Shown here: positions 1-12,850 of the stretch, piece by piece | Layout of the letters: every line of letters starts with the position of its first letter | Position numbering within the stretch: position 1 is the stretch's first letter | DNA from: Marsupella aquatica | Lineage: Eukaryota > Plantae > Marchantiophyta | Assembly (NCBI GenBank): GCA_973895155.1 | Contig: OZ316897.1 | Span: 11,617,832-11,681,831, forward strand | Length of the DNA stretch: 64,000 nt | Reading direction: 5' to 3' | Program-made: the position numbers and the translations under genes | The notes under the pieces: model-generated | What the model was told of the DNA's origin: nothing | Databases searched by the model: none | The model's input: only the letters and a program-made list of their open reading frames with translations

Positions 1-497
1 GTTCTTTTGCATGACTTCCGAAATTCCATGGAAATGGACTGTGCTTCTGGCGTGTATGTATGCCGCATCAAGAGACCCCTATTGAACATGGAATGAATAC
101 GCCATATCTAGAAGAACCTGAGATGTATGGGGAATAAGTGTTGACTGGGACTCGAGGAATACGCCATATCTCCTTTGATTTCACGTTTGGTTTGTTTGGA
201 TCTTGTTTGGGATACGTTCCAGTGGGGACTTCGTCAATTGTTGGAACATTGACGAATTCCCCACCGGAACATACGCGATCGCAAAACACCCATTGCACCC
301 AGACAGTCCCCATTGACATTATTGATTAACGATCGAGCTTCTAAGAAAAATTGGAGACATGCACCCTCCACACTGCCTGAAGGAAGCAAGCAAGTGTAGA
401 CCGCGCTTGCAATGGTATAGTGTGCCTCTCCCGCCCACTTTTGAAACAGATGGAAGGGGACAGAATGTATAGGGTAATGGTCCTCCTATGGACCATT

Positions 498-559
498 AGT
501 GCGTATAAAGGTCCACCATATGTCCACCAGTGCGTATAAAGGTCCACCATATGTCCACC
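498..559. repeat. 31-bp tandem duplication (AGTGCGTATAAAGGTCCACCATATGTCCACC x2)
   Basis: Two adjacent identical copies at 498-528 and 529-559. Confidence 0.85.
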
Positions 560-3533
560 CGCATATGCATGGAGTCATACACCTGCATATGCGAGGAGGC
601 ATGCATCCATATATGCAAGGAGGCATACGGGACACGGTATATGCGTAATAGTCCACCATAAGCCCATTGGCCAACGTTAAGGGCATGCCTATCACAAACA
701 GGCCAGAAATGTTTTGGCACAGACAATAGACAAGGCCAAAAATGTTTTGGCAGACAATAGTGTGAGTGTACCTTCTTTGCACATTCCATAAAGTTATGAC
801 TTGTTGACCACTAATCCTGTCTCTAATCTTGGAGGGCATTAACTTGACGTAGATTTAACTCACCGTGTTATGACCATGGTATTTAGAATACAAAATGGTT
901 GGGACCCTAGTGAAGAGAGGAACTGCTCTTAAGTAGTAGTGCGCTCAAATCAAACTTGTCTGCCCACTAGGTGGCAAGAGTTACATGTGTTATGTATCAG
1001 GTGGATCATAAATAGTTCAACATGGTGCACCAAATGCCCATTAGCAAGGGATGGTGCAAATACCTTGAGTGATCCAATTAACTACTACATGTATATTACA
1101 CTCAGCCTTGCAAAAGTGCATGATTCTTCGAGTCAGGCCTTGTCATGCACTTAGCCTTATCTTGCACTTATGAAAGGAAATGCAAAACCAAGACGTCTTG
1201 CATTTATACACAACAGACATCCTACAAGTGGAAGCTCAAAAGACCTTTTGCTGTTCTGAATATTTTTGGTGCAAGTGTAGATATGTGCTATAAGTGCAAG
1301 CACAAAAGACTTTGCACTTATAGATATTTTGTATTGTAGAGACACTGTACAAAGGCTTTGCACTCTGTGTTGTATGTTCCGTGTGTCCCTGCCTACAGGA
1401 TAACTGGTACTGCAGCATATTTGATAAATTAGTGCAAGAGTGTACTTTATGTAAACATAGACCACACTTATCAATAAAGCCATCTCGTATTCGTCATGTA
1501 AGTTCCTATCAGGAGGAAACTTTGCATGAATTTATAGTCATGCAAAATTTACTCCTAAATATGTATTCAAAATTCCTCCTAAATAACACTTATTTTAAAG
1601 ATGTGTACTTGCTCAAAAGATGTTGTTCAGTGAAATATGTTGTTGTGCAAAAGATGTAATTTACTAAAAGATATTGGTTGGCAAAAGATATCAGTGCGTA
1701 ATAAATGATGTTGTGCTAAAGATGTAGTTGAGAAAAAATATCATGGTGCAAAAGATGTATTGAGTAAAAGTTACATTTGTTAAAAATCTCATTGCATAAA
1801 AATGTCATCGAGTTAAACATGTCATGACACAAAACAGAGGCAACAACAACAATCAAAGTACAACAAAGTGAGAATGGTTGTTCTCTTTGTTTTTTTTCAT
1901 TTTTTTCCTTTCAAACCTTGCCCGCCCCTTATTTTTCACTATTTTCACTCTTTTTTCTCTCATTAATTACATTGTGTACTACTTTATTGACTATGTAATA
2001 TGCAATGAAACTCATGTCATCATTATTTAGGACTATCACTCATATCTTATAGAGTATATAGCACTTCATTTGAATGGATGGTCAAAGCAGGAGCACTTCC
2101 TGCGCATCGATGGTATAGCATGGATAGTAGAGGGAAGTCGGCTTCCTATGCATGATGGTAAGGGGAAGTCTTGATCTTCCCAGTCTTTTTCCTTCTTGCT
2201 TGGAAAAATGCGCATTCATTTTTTTCATTCACACCAAATAGAATTCAATTTTTGGTTTATTCCTTCTACTTTCTCTAGTTTCTTTTTTTTCACTCAAAAA
2301 GCCCTGCCAAATTTCAAAGACCACCACAATAGAAAAGGTGCAACCCTGTATTATAGTTTTTGATTCTATCACGTACTATAAATCTTTTGGGCCAGAATTA
2401 ATCCCTGAATATATAATCCTTGAATATATAATAGTGGGACTCAAATATGAGCCTGGGCCAACTTTTTGGCCATCCGTGTTAGGTTTGGGGGGGTGTGGCT
2501 AAAACATGTGCGACACCCACTCTGCCTGGACTACTCACAAATATGACACGCCAGCTCACAAATGTGACATGACTGCAGGTTGTGGCCGCTAATTTGGGCC
2601 CTACAGTAATAGTACCACTTTTGTGGGCCCCCACTCCTGCCACCGAAAATAGAAGCTAAGTTATGACCGTTGATATTAAAAATGAACGACCAGGATTTAC
2701 TCTCGAACGTTTGCTTTTAAAAATGCGACACGAATGAACTGGGGTTAGGGCCTGCTCTTCTGGGGCCCCCCTAATAACAAATTAATTAAGTGCAGCTATG
2801 GAGAAACTGAGATTGAGATGACGGTTTTTACGAAGTTTGACATTTTCGAGAGGAGTGTGGAATTGGAGGGGGCAAAGGAGAGAGAGGACACAGCACACAC
2901 GCAATGTTGAGATCGGTGGGAGAGAGCTCCAGTAGTCATCTCCTCCTGTGATTGGACTTGACTCGAGGTTTCAGTGGCGCAAGCAACGCCAATTCAAGCA
3001 TGTCTGCACCGCAAGACTGAGCAAAAACTCTGGAGTCTGGAGTCTGGAGTGGCTGCTGAGGCCAGAGTCCATAGTGGCACAGGCTGGCTTCTGCAGCTCT
3101 GCTCTGGTGACGACCATCTCTTGGGATTCTCTGCGCTTTTTGGTGCAGATTTTGAGCTGGAAAGGAGGTGGACACTGGTGCAGAACGGTCTTCTTTGAAG
3201 AGTGGCTAGCTGGTGAGTTGTGCAGACTATCGATTGTTTGTTGATTGCTGCTGCCTTTGAGCTTCGAAGGGGCCACCACCACCAGGCAACGGGGAAAATC
3301 GAGGTGGGTGGAAGCCATTTTGCCGATAGTTGGAGCTGGGGTCAGTGGCAGGGATTCCGTCGCAGGAGAGGTTCTCTCATCAAGCGGAAAGAAGAACTGG
3401 TGGGGATTGGGAATCAAGAGCTCGGATTGGACGCAAAGTGGGAGGAATTCAGATTCGGAAAGACTAGCTGGTGGCCTGTTGCGTTCGAATAGGATAGAAA
3501 GGGATTTCCTACAGGAGGGAAAGGGAAGGGAAG

Positions 3534-3959
3534 ATGGGACGGTCTGGGATGCAAAGATGTGCCGGGTTCGTGGTGGTGCTGTCACTTTCAATGTTGGTGT
3601 TCTTCAATCAGCACTCTGCCGCCTTCGACTGGACATCAACGTCGTCATCTTCAGCCTCTCTTTCCATGGCCGCCGGCTCCAACTCCTACGGCATGGAGGG
3701 TCTGCATCAAGGTAACATGGTAGTGGGTGAGGAGACGAAGAGGAGACGGCTACAGCAGGTGACCCCTGCACCTGCTCCAGGACCTTCAGCTGCTGGCAGC
3801 GGGCAGTACATCGGTTATGGTGTGCTAACAGCAGGTTATATCCCCTGCCCGCCTCAGACCGGGCGGTCCTACTACACTTCGTCTTGCCAGTCTGCCTCTG
3901 GACCAGTCAACCCTTACACTAGAGGCTGCAGCACCATCACCTTGTGTGCAAGGGGTTAA
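3534..3959 (+). CDS. RALF: RALF (rapid alkalinization factor) peptide precursor, 141 aa
   Basis: Hydrophobic signal peptide, RRRL S1P-type cleavage site, YIGY (YISY-type) motif, and C-terminal IPC...GRSYY..C.....VNPYTRGCSTITLCARG with four Cys. Intronless. Confidence 0.93.
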   Translation: MGRSGMQRCAGFVVVLSLSMLVFFNQHSAAFDWTSTSSSSASLSMAAGSNSYGMEGLHQGNMVVGEETKRRRLQQVTPAPAPGPSAAGSGQYIGYGVLTAGYIPCPPQTGRSYYTSSCQSASGPVNPYTRGCSTITLCARG

Positions 3960-6900
3960 GGGTTCACAACTAGTTTGTAGTGTATGAGGTATGGATGCAG
4001 CTTCTTCTTCTCTATGATGCTGCAAACTCGTGAATCATCAGCATGATCGTTGGGCTGCGTGTGTGCCTCGAAGCTCTCCTTCGCTCTGGTTGTGGTTGGA
4101 TTGGTGAGATACATGATGTCCCATGAGCTTGTAGGTGCTGAGCGACAGCTAAGTCGCTATGCTTTATGATCATATTTATGAAATCATATTCATCGATCGA
4201 TGGATATGCAGTAACGAAAGACTTGCTCCTGTTTATAGTATCCCATTGTTTGTGAGGTTATCTAGATTCGTTACCCTTGTTGTAGGATTAGTTCTTTGAA
4301 GGAAAAGCTACTGTACTCAAATGTTGTGAACGAAGATGAATGACGATCGTGCCAACAATTTATTCAAGTTCAGTGAGGATAAGATGAAAATTCCTTGTGA
4401 AATTATGGTGGGTTGTGGAGCACGGCTTTGGCTTCTGCTATTAGAGAGTCATCGGTGCCATAGTGTACCATCGGGCCTGTATGTTGATAATGTTTGCATA
4501 CTTAGCCTTAGCTGTTGTTGAAGATGACTCCCGAAAGGGGACACCAGCTAAGGTCCTTCTCAATCTCTAAGCAATACTTTGATGTACGAATGAAACGGGT
4601 CATCTTATAAATTTATAACTTTAGAGGTCTAAGGTTCTATTCGTTTGGATGTGCGTCAATGAGAGTGCCTACTGAGGTTGAAGGGTTCGAAAATTTGTGT
4701 TGAACAGTTGTTGGTTTCCAGGTGAGTCCCCATGTACCAGTTTGCCTTCAAAACTGCACTCAGGGTGGCTTTACAAGATAATGGGGGCCCACTGCTTCGT
4801 TTAATTTTTCTGAGATGAAATCTGGGCCTCATAATGAATGAAAACGGCTGCAGTTGGCTTTACAGAAAATTAGGGCCATTCAGGGATGGTGTCTACGGAT
4901 CCTACATGGCAAGTAGTGGACCCAAGGTGGCTCAAACATTTCAACTTTCTCTCCTTCATTCAAAGGATTTGCATGTACTGAAGTTCATTTCGAAACAATT
5001 TTTGTCTGGAGTCTGTCTTTAGAACAAGGCCCTCCAGTTTGCTTTGGTGAAAAAAACTCACCAGTGCCCCAGTCTTGAGAACCCACTGAGTAAAGGTCTT
5101 TAGTGAGCTCTTCATCAGATTATAAGTCTTTTGGTGGGCTTTTGTAGAGTCTGCTCTCGGTTTAATTCCTCGTGGGATTTTCTGAACCACGTTGTCTCAC
5201 ATCTCTCTGTCACTGTTCTCTTTTCGAGTATTTGGAACCTCTTCCACATTTAGTTTTTGCAAAGAATCCTCCTTTTCGTGTGTAGTTTCCTGTATCGAGT
5301 TCTCTTTCGAGGGTTTCAATACCCAGACTCTTTGGCTACTGTCTCGTGAGTATTCTTCACGGGGAAAATTGACGACAGGCTCATTGGTTTTCGTGAAGTT
5401 GATGATTGTCACAGACCTGTCGACGGGCCCCTCTAGTGATGGAACACCTGACATTCATGAACGAGAAAGAAACCTATCAGATAGAGACAACTAAGCGAGA
5501 ATGACAGAAAGTTCAAAGTAGGAGGATACGGGGCCATGATAATGAACTTCTCCTTTGAATATGTATTTTATTACCGTTATGTACTGTTGACGATCTTCTG
5601 CTCACGTCATCAGTTCGCTGGTACTGTAGAGTAGGGCAGTGGCTGTCGCGTACTCGCGTGAAACCTCTTTGCATGGATGTCGCGGTGTGGTGCTTTAGTA
5701 CGTGTTTCGTAGCTAGCTCGAAAAGCTGTAGTACATGAATAACTGAACTGCCGGGAATGACTGTTCACATACACTTTATCTTCGCTGCGAGTAAACGGTG
5801 ATGTCGTCCACTTTCCGGGCGAGCACTTAGTGTCATGAATGTGTGATCCGGCCCTTGCACAAGTGCAGTGCAGTGCAGTGGACATTTGGGACGGCTTGAA
5901 AGCTTCAATCTTAAGTAGTCTAAAATTTGTGGGACGGAAGTGGACCTTACTATCTCACAAATACACATTACAGCGGTCTTCAAATGACAGGCAGATTTTG
6001 GCAATACATATTTTTTTAGGCGAAAAACGGATTTCGCATCAGGGATTATCGGAATGAGAAACATATTCTCGATTTCACATGCTACAGATCCACAGTTCTA
6101 TGTAGAGGACAAGTCGATGACCAAAACCGACAGCACAGGTAGCAGTGACTCTGTGTGTTTGGATTTGGCATGATCAAGACTTCAATCATGGAACTGAGAT
6201 GGTCATTGCTAAAATAGTGTGCCTCGCGAGACAATGTGTGGACCGATTCCTTCTACTTAATGCCCCAAATCTGGTACACCTGTCTGATGAAACCTTCTGT
6301 CCTGGTTGACCGATTTCACTGCGATCATGAATTCACATTTGGTTCTAGAGAATGATTAACCGGACTGAAGGTACCGACCATGCCACAAAGCCCGTTAATT
6401 TTTTTGAGGTTTGGTCGCATTTTCTTTCTGTAACGGTACTCGTATCGACCTACGGGAGTATCATTATCTTTTGGACTGGATCAATTGGACCCTCAAGGCC
6501 CCATCTACTGTAGTTTCCTTGGTGTCCAGATCTTTGGAAATGTTGCAGTCATTGAAAATCTGAGGGTAGGAGGGAGTATGAGTGGGAGGTATTATTTTTG
6601 AGGGTGGGGCCAAGTCGGGTTGGGAGGAAAGATGAATTTGACATTGGGAGGTATAATAGGTCGAGGTGTGTCTACTTTGTTACATCATCCCGGATTTAAG
6701 GAGTACTATTGGATTGGGAGGTTCTCAAACGGTAAAGGAAACATTCAGGCTAAGGGACTCCAAGCAAGAACATTGCGCTATTGGTGGCGGTGTTCGTGAG
6801 CTGTTTTAGCCTTGATCACTTGATCTTTCCTAGAAGAGTACAAGAAAACTTTTCTAGTTTGCACCAATAAACTCTATGAAAAGCCCGATGAAAAGCACTG

Positions 6901-7317
6901 ACAACTACTATCGTCAGAAGCCTGGAGAGCAGATTTGCACGGAAGTTCAAGTGTACATATATATATAGTGCTTATTTCGCACCTTTCTCATTCTTTTTCC
7001 TCCGGTTCTAAAGTGTAGAATCCTCTCTCTCGGAACACAACGTGCAATATATATCTAGCTGAGAGAATGAGCAACGAGGGGTTTGTCTTTCCAGCGGATG
7101 ACGTTTCACCGATCATCGTTGTTTACGCATTTGCGAATTGGAAAGCCAGAGGATGGAATTGTCTTCCAGCAGACTTGTTATCTTATCGAAATTGATGCCT
7201 GTTCATTCCGAGCACTACCGTAACTTGTCTCACGGCGCTTCGCACTGAATTTCAAGCGCCTCCAAGCGGAATACATGCCACCGTCCATTCCGAGCTTTGA
7301 GGCTGTTTGTATACTTA

Positions 7318-7656
7318 ATTGCAGAGTTGCAGTTGTATTTGAATTTCAAGCGCTTCGACGTTGGAATGGAGTTCGGGAGCTATTAGAAGCCGGACAACCC
7401 CGCGGACAACATTCTCCTTAGGCATTCTCCTCACAGTATTCTCGTGGACCTCAGTACTAATGGACTGAAGTAGGATTCCGAGCTGTGGCTGTTTATTTCT
7501 ATCCTTGTATCCTTGTATCCTTGCAGAGTTGCAGTTGTATCTAATTTCAAAGCGCTTAGCTTGAGGTTGCAGAGGAGTTCGCGAGTAGGAGGCCGGATCG
7601 GACAACATTCTCGTCACAGTATTCTCGTGGACCTCATTACTAAAGGACTGAAGTAG
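7318..7656. repeat. Imperfect ~200-bp direct duplication upstream of the MYND gene
   Basis: TTGCAGAGTTGCAGTTGTAT..AATTTCAA and TCACAGTATTCTCGTGGACCTCA.TACTAA.GGACTGAAGTAG each occur twice (~7320/7522 and ~7431/7615). Confidence 0.75.
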
Positions 7657-7869
7657 CGGCACTTCAGGGCAGCTCAGTTCATTCCAATTTACCAGTCTCT
7701 TCTGTTTACGTTTAAATCATTGCAAAACTGTGAGAAAACTCCAAGAACCCATAGAGCAGCGTCACGAACTAACCTCCGGAATATCGATGCAGATAAGTGT
7801 AATTTTCGGACTTCAACTTTTCAGCTCTTTGCCTGTATCTTCGATTTCAGTCGACAATTCGAGGTCGTC

Positions 7870-8553
7870 ATGTCGTCTAAGACCTGTTCGTCCGACTCCT
7901 GCAACAATCCTGGTGGACGTGTTTGCGCGGGCTGCAGAACAACACCATACTGCAGCAAAGACTGCCAGGAAGCTCACTGGAGAACGCACAGGCTGGCTTG
8001 TCCTGCCGCTCAGAAGTACAATTGCTACCTCATACACGCTCCGCCAAACGGCGAAGTTGGCATTGTCTACACGCACATTGAGCCGTTCCATCTAGAGGCA
8101 TGCGGTAGGGAGGCAACAAAAGTTCCCGCAGAAGTTCAGGAACTGAAGGGCAGGCTTGGTTGGAGGATGCCGTTAGAGGCAGGCAGATTTCATGACCACC
8201 GTGGTAGCGTTGAGTGGTACTATTGGGTGTACGCAGATGCCGGAGCGAGAGCAGCCGGGAAGCCGTTGAACGTGCTCTCGAAGAGGCTCTGCTATTGGGA
8301 GCTTCATGGTGATTTGGCGGTGGTTCGATCGAGGTCGTCGGACGAGACCACTCCAGAGCTGTTCAGCACCGTTTCGCTCGCAAAGACAATTCAGTTCTAC
8401 GAGACTGAAAGCTGCCAGGAAATCAATAATCTAAGAGACCAGAGTAGGATGGGCAGGACGACGGGATTGTGTCTGTCAATAGTGCCAGTCTACTTCAATT
8501 ACACACCTACACGAAAAACTCCAGTACGTGGTAGACGACGACTTAGACGATGA
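7870..8553 (+). CDS. Intronless zf-MYND domain protein (~227 aa from ATG 7870)
   Basis: CSSDSC...CAGCRTTPYCSKDCQEAHWRTHRLAC matches the MYND finger pattern, followed by an uncharacterised C-terminal domain. The ORF track starts at an upstream TTG (7720); the first in-frame ATG giving an N-terminal MYND is 7870. Confidence 0.75.
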   Translation: MSSKTCSSDSCNNPGGRVCAGCRTTPYCSKDCQEAHWRTHRLACPAAQKYNCYLIHAPPNGEVGIVYTHIEPFHLEACGREATKVPAEVQELKGRLGWRMPLEAGRFHDHRGSVEWYYWVYADAGARAAGKPLNVLSKRLCYWELHGDLAVVRSRSSDETTPELFSTVSLAKTIQFYETESCQEINNLRDQSRMGRTTGLCLSIVPVYFNYTPTRKTPVRGRRRLRR

Positions 8554-9585
8554 AGGTCGATGGAATTGTGCCTTGCCGACTGTCAGATAATTATCTCGTC
8601 GACTACTGTACGTAGCCATTTAAGCTTCTGCCTCTGGAAATCAAACATATTCAAGAGCGGTGGTACGTGCAGTTGACATTGATAGTGCACATTGGCTTGT
8701 CGATCAGAGGAGATAGATAACTCTTGAATCCGGATGATCGAACTACAGCTCCACTAATCTTATCTTCCAGAAGACAATGTTACAAATGTCGCTAGATTCA
8801 ATTCAATCTCTATTTGGTCGAAGCACGTACAGGATATATATTGAGCAACCTTGCCGTGATGAACATAACTGTACAAAATTGTACTAGCGAGATGTGGCAT
8901 ATTTGGGGGAATTGGTGCTACATTTAGAACCAGGACAGAGCGAGCTATATCCTCTCCTTAAATCCTGTTACAATTTAATGGATTGCTACCCAAGAACCTC
9001 CTCGAATACTATATGATGACATGTGAAATGGTTGCCTCAAAACTACCCCAAATTGTAACGGGATGTATGTGCAAAACATTAACTGGTAGAGAACGAGTCG
9101 AGACAGTGGATGCTTGAATGCTTAGAATTGATTGATTGAGAGAATGAGTGAATGCCGATAAAATATTCCCACTTTTAATGGAGGAAAGAAAGGCTAAGCT
9201 AGGAATGTGAAGTTACAAATCAGTCTTCAAATATGAAACCACACCAGAAGAAATCTAATGGACAGGAATTGTCCCTACAATAATGGTTAGTCTAATCTGT
9301 CTGGATAGATTGATCACTGTGAGAATTACAAAGGACAACCAGCTAGCACACACTCTGACTAGTAAATCTATAGTAATCTAACATTCCCACTCAGGAAAAT
9401 TAATAGCCTTGATAATCAAGACAAATAAACCTAGAGATAGAGTGTTGTGAAGAGGTCCTTTCTGAATACCCTCAGTAACATAAACATAAACCATCTTCAA
9501 GTTAATTTGCCGCTGGCCACGTGGTCTTTTGATAATATGAGACTGAATGTCAATGTGTTTAATCCAGTCATGACGTTAATTGGAG

Positions 9586-10035
9586 CTGACTAAAATGATA
9601 GAGCTTTGCTTGGTTGTCACAGGCAAGCTCAGTAATTTTCTGTGCTAAACAAATTTCTTAAAGTAGTATTCTTAACGAGATTGATTCACTACTAGCTTTG
9701 GTCATAGCTATGTACTCTGCTGACTAAAGTGATAGAACTTTGCTTGGTTGTCACAGGAAAAAGAGCTAACTAAAATGATAGAGCTTTGCTTGGTTGTCAC
9801 AGGAAAGCTCAGTAATTTTCTGTGCTAAACAAATTTCTTAAAGTAGTCTTCTTAACGAGATTGATTCACTACTAGCTTTGGTCATAGCTATGTACTCTGC
9901 TGACTAAAGTGATAGAACTTTGCTTGGTTGTCACAGGAAAGAGAGCTAACTAAAATGATAGAGCTTTGCTTGGTTGTCACAGGAAAGCTCAGTAATTTTC
10001 TGTGCTAAACCAATTTCTTCAAGTAGTCTTCTTAA
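9586..10035. repeat. 180-bp tandem repeat (~2.5 copies) built from copia RNase H sequence
   Basis: GAGCTTTGCTTGGTTGTCAC starts at 9601, 9781 and 9961; the units are near-identical. Confidence 0.9.
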
Positions 10036-10398
10036 ACCACACCCGCCCCTATAAAGGGCTACGGGTAACCCGTAGCTCTCATTCTCAAGAGTACAAATTC
10101 AGCAATGGGCTTTGAGCTCCACAAAAGGTGCTGACTGCAAAAGTTTTTTTTGGCAAGTACTCCACAAAAGGTGCTAGTGTTCCACCTTTTATGGTGAGTA
10201 ATGAGCCATGGAATGAGGCTTTTATAGTGGCAGGTGTGGTTTAAAGAGCCACTAGCCATGACAAAAACATTGTTCCACACATTTCACTGTTTTTTGTATT
10301 TTTCCTGAAATTGAGGAGCAAAACCTCATGGTAGAGGAGAGGAATGGGAAAAAGGGAGACATCTTGGACACTCCTCCTTTTATATGGCCAGTGGTGGT
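10036..10398. mobile_element. Two stacked MITEs (10036-10240 and 10245-10398), each flanked by TTAA
   Basis: TIR ACCACACCCGCCCCTATAAA / TTTATAGTGGCAGGTGTGGT (18/20 match). TTAA at 10032-10035, 10241-10244 and 10399-10402. The empty site CTTCTTAACGAGATTGATTCA is preserved in the neighbouring tandem copies. Confidence 0.75.
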
Positions 10399-12256
10399 TT
10401 AAGGAGATTGATTCAGTACTAGCTTTGGTCATAGCTATGTACTCAGCCTCTCTGCTAACAGACCAACTGATTTTTGTTTCCAACTAGCGCATGCAGCTAA
10501 CTTCTCCTCCATCTAGAAGAAAGCCTAATACACTGGTGAGCTTACTCAAGTCACATTTGTCACTTAGGCAGCGTCAGAATATCCTTCCAAATGAAATGGA
10601 GTAGACGAACACTGGTAAGTACTGGTGAAAATAAATACTGGAGAAAATAGTTCTGGGGACCCTAGAGGTGCTGAAAAATATGAGGGTTGTACACACAGGA
10701 AAACTTTTGGCTTTTGCATGGGTGTATTATTGGGTGTTTTAAACCAATATTAGTCGCGATAGTGCAAAACCTCCGGTTGGACTAATTACACTCTAATAAA
10801 GTGCAAAACAAAGCTATTGTGCAAAATACAAGTGTAAAATGTTGGAGTGCACAATAATCCCTATATTAATACACCTTGAGATATAAGTGAAAGGGAGAAT
10901 GCACTGTAAGCTAGTTGAGTGCAATCCAAGAAATTCACTTGATGTTTCAGAGTGAAGATGCAATCCGGCCTGACCATACAATTTTCAAAGATAGACATAC
11001 AATTGAAGCCCATAGATGAGTGATAAAATTACAGTACCTAGAATTCAACGTGTGGAGTTAAAAATGCACCTAATATAGGTACAGGTTTCACGATATTAAT
11101 TTAATCCTTACCAGATGTACATCTAATGTTAATTGAAGGTTGAAACTGTCTGGTTCTCCTTACTTAGTTGATCTGCATACTAACTTGGGAACACAAAATT
11201 ACATTGCAATATTAGTACCAGCACCATCAAATTAGCAAAGATTCTAGGACAAAACTGAACAGAGAACATATAATTCATCGTCTCATCAACATTACTCTGA
11301 AGTATATGTCACGGCCTACAAGGAAAATGACATTCATTAGTTTTCTCAAAGTAACGTTATGTTACTAAGCAGCCCTAAAGGTCTAGGAAGTGTATGAAAG
11401 GTCCTTGAAATGGTGACAGTTAAAGGCTGACAGTTAAATTAATTTGATTGTTACCTAACGAGAAGGTGAGATCCTTCCAGGGTGTAAGTGGGGGGTCCGC
11501 TCATAAGCACTGCCAAGTCCTTTGCAATCCCATATTTACTCACCATGTAAGCTTTGTGTGTCTCATCCCAATGTGTTTCAACAGGAAGGATTCTGAACTC
11601 TGTATGCTTCTCGCAATAGTTCTAACTTCAAGAGCAACTTTCCACGCATATATGTGAATGGCTCTGAAGAGTTGTCAGCTTCTTGTAGACCTGCAAAGAG
11701 ATTAATTTGTCAACATGCAACTAACTAAGGTCAAAATTAACATCCGTCAGCCCAAATTCAAGAAGCCCCTTTATATGATCTAAGCAAGTATGACAAGCAA
11801 AGAGTTGCTTTGTAATTAATTTGTTTCAAGACTAGATTTTACTGGCAAACATATGTTGAGTGCTCCGTCAACTGTAATTCTCCACCAAGTCCCTCACCAC
11901 CTTAATTTTTCCATGTTTCTAAATGGGTCGAGCCGATGTGTCGAGAACATTGGGGTTCCTCCTGCTCAAAGAATGTGGACCAAAATTAATCTCAACTCTA
12001 GCTTCACTAACCTAGAAAATAGATTCTCATGCAACCGACACAAGTTATATCATCAATAAGGTACTTCAGCAATTCATTAATCCCCATGCTAAAGCTAGGG
12101 CAAGTTTGAAGGGCTTGTAAGAAATAGACTCAGACCTGACCACCACTCCAACCACTCAAAATGAGAATGCTTTCACCAGGTCTTAAATTAACACTTCAAA
12201 AACACTTGCAAGGCTAACATGCAGGTATCCAAGTCCATTACAATTGATTTCGAGGT

Positions 12257-12850
12257 TACAAGTTGAGGCTAGTGGGCAGCCTTGCTGGACAAGCTATCTA
12301 TACAGCTAACATGGTAAACTAAGGGTTTCAGCCACATGGACACTTGAGGTATATATACTTTGCCCAGCTACAGTTGAAGCCCTGCAGGTGCCCTCCATGT
12401 ACTTCTGCCAAAGCAGGGCAATGATCCTTACCATACATACATATATAGCTTGTGTCAAAACACACACATGTAGTACATACAGTCAGGAATATGGACTAGA
12501 CATTATCACTTCAGGCCTCCTGTCAAAACACACACAATCATGTAGTCCATGTCAGGAATATGGACTAAACATTATCACTTTAGACGAGATAATTATATGA
12601 GCACATGGCACATGAACATACAAGTTGAGGCTAGTGGGCAGCCTTACTGGACAAGCTATCTAAGTATACATTGCACTAATATGGTAAGAGATTTGAGCCA
12701 CACGGGGAGCCACACTTGAGGTATACTTTGCCCAGCTGCAATTGAAGCCCTACAGGTGCCCTCCATGTACATTTGCCAAGCAAGGCAGTGATCAATTATA
12801 CCATATACATAGCTCCTGTCAAACACACACGTAGTCCATGTCGGGAATAT
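12257..12850. repeat. Imperfect ~360-bp-period direct duplication
   Basis: TACAAGTTGAGGCTAGTGGGCAGCCTT.CTGGACAAGCTATCTA at 12257 and 12619, with collinear similarity downstream. Confidence 0.8.

Larger units (their letters stand above)
9054..10620 (-). mobile_element. Decayed Ty1/copia 3' end (RT tail, RNase H remnant, PPT, LTR ~9054-9383)
   Basis: Minus-strand fragments EGYSDA (~10570), ISWSVSREAEYIAMTKASTESI (10400-10480) and KHIDI (~9550). A TG..CA-bounded segment 9054-9383 lies next to a purine tract (plus strand TTCCCACT). Confidence 0.6.

Noticed and set aside
2936-3715. Overlapping ORFs upstream of and antisense to RALF
   Set aside because: Non-ATG starts and no motifs; best explained as a long GC-balanced 5' UTR.
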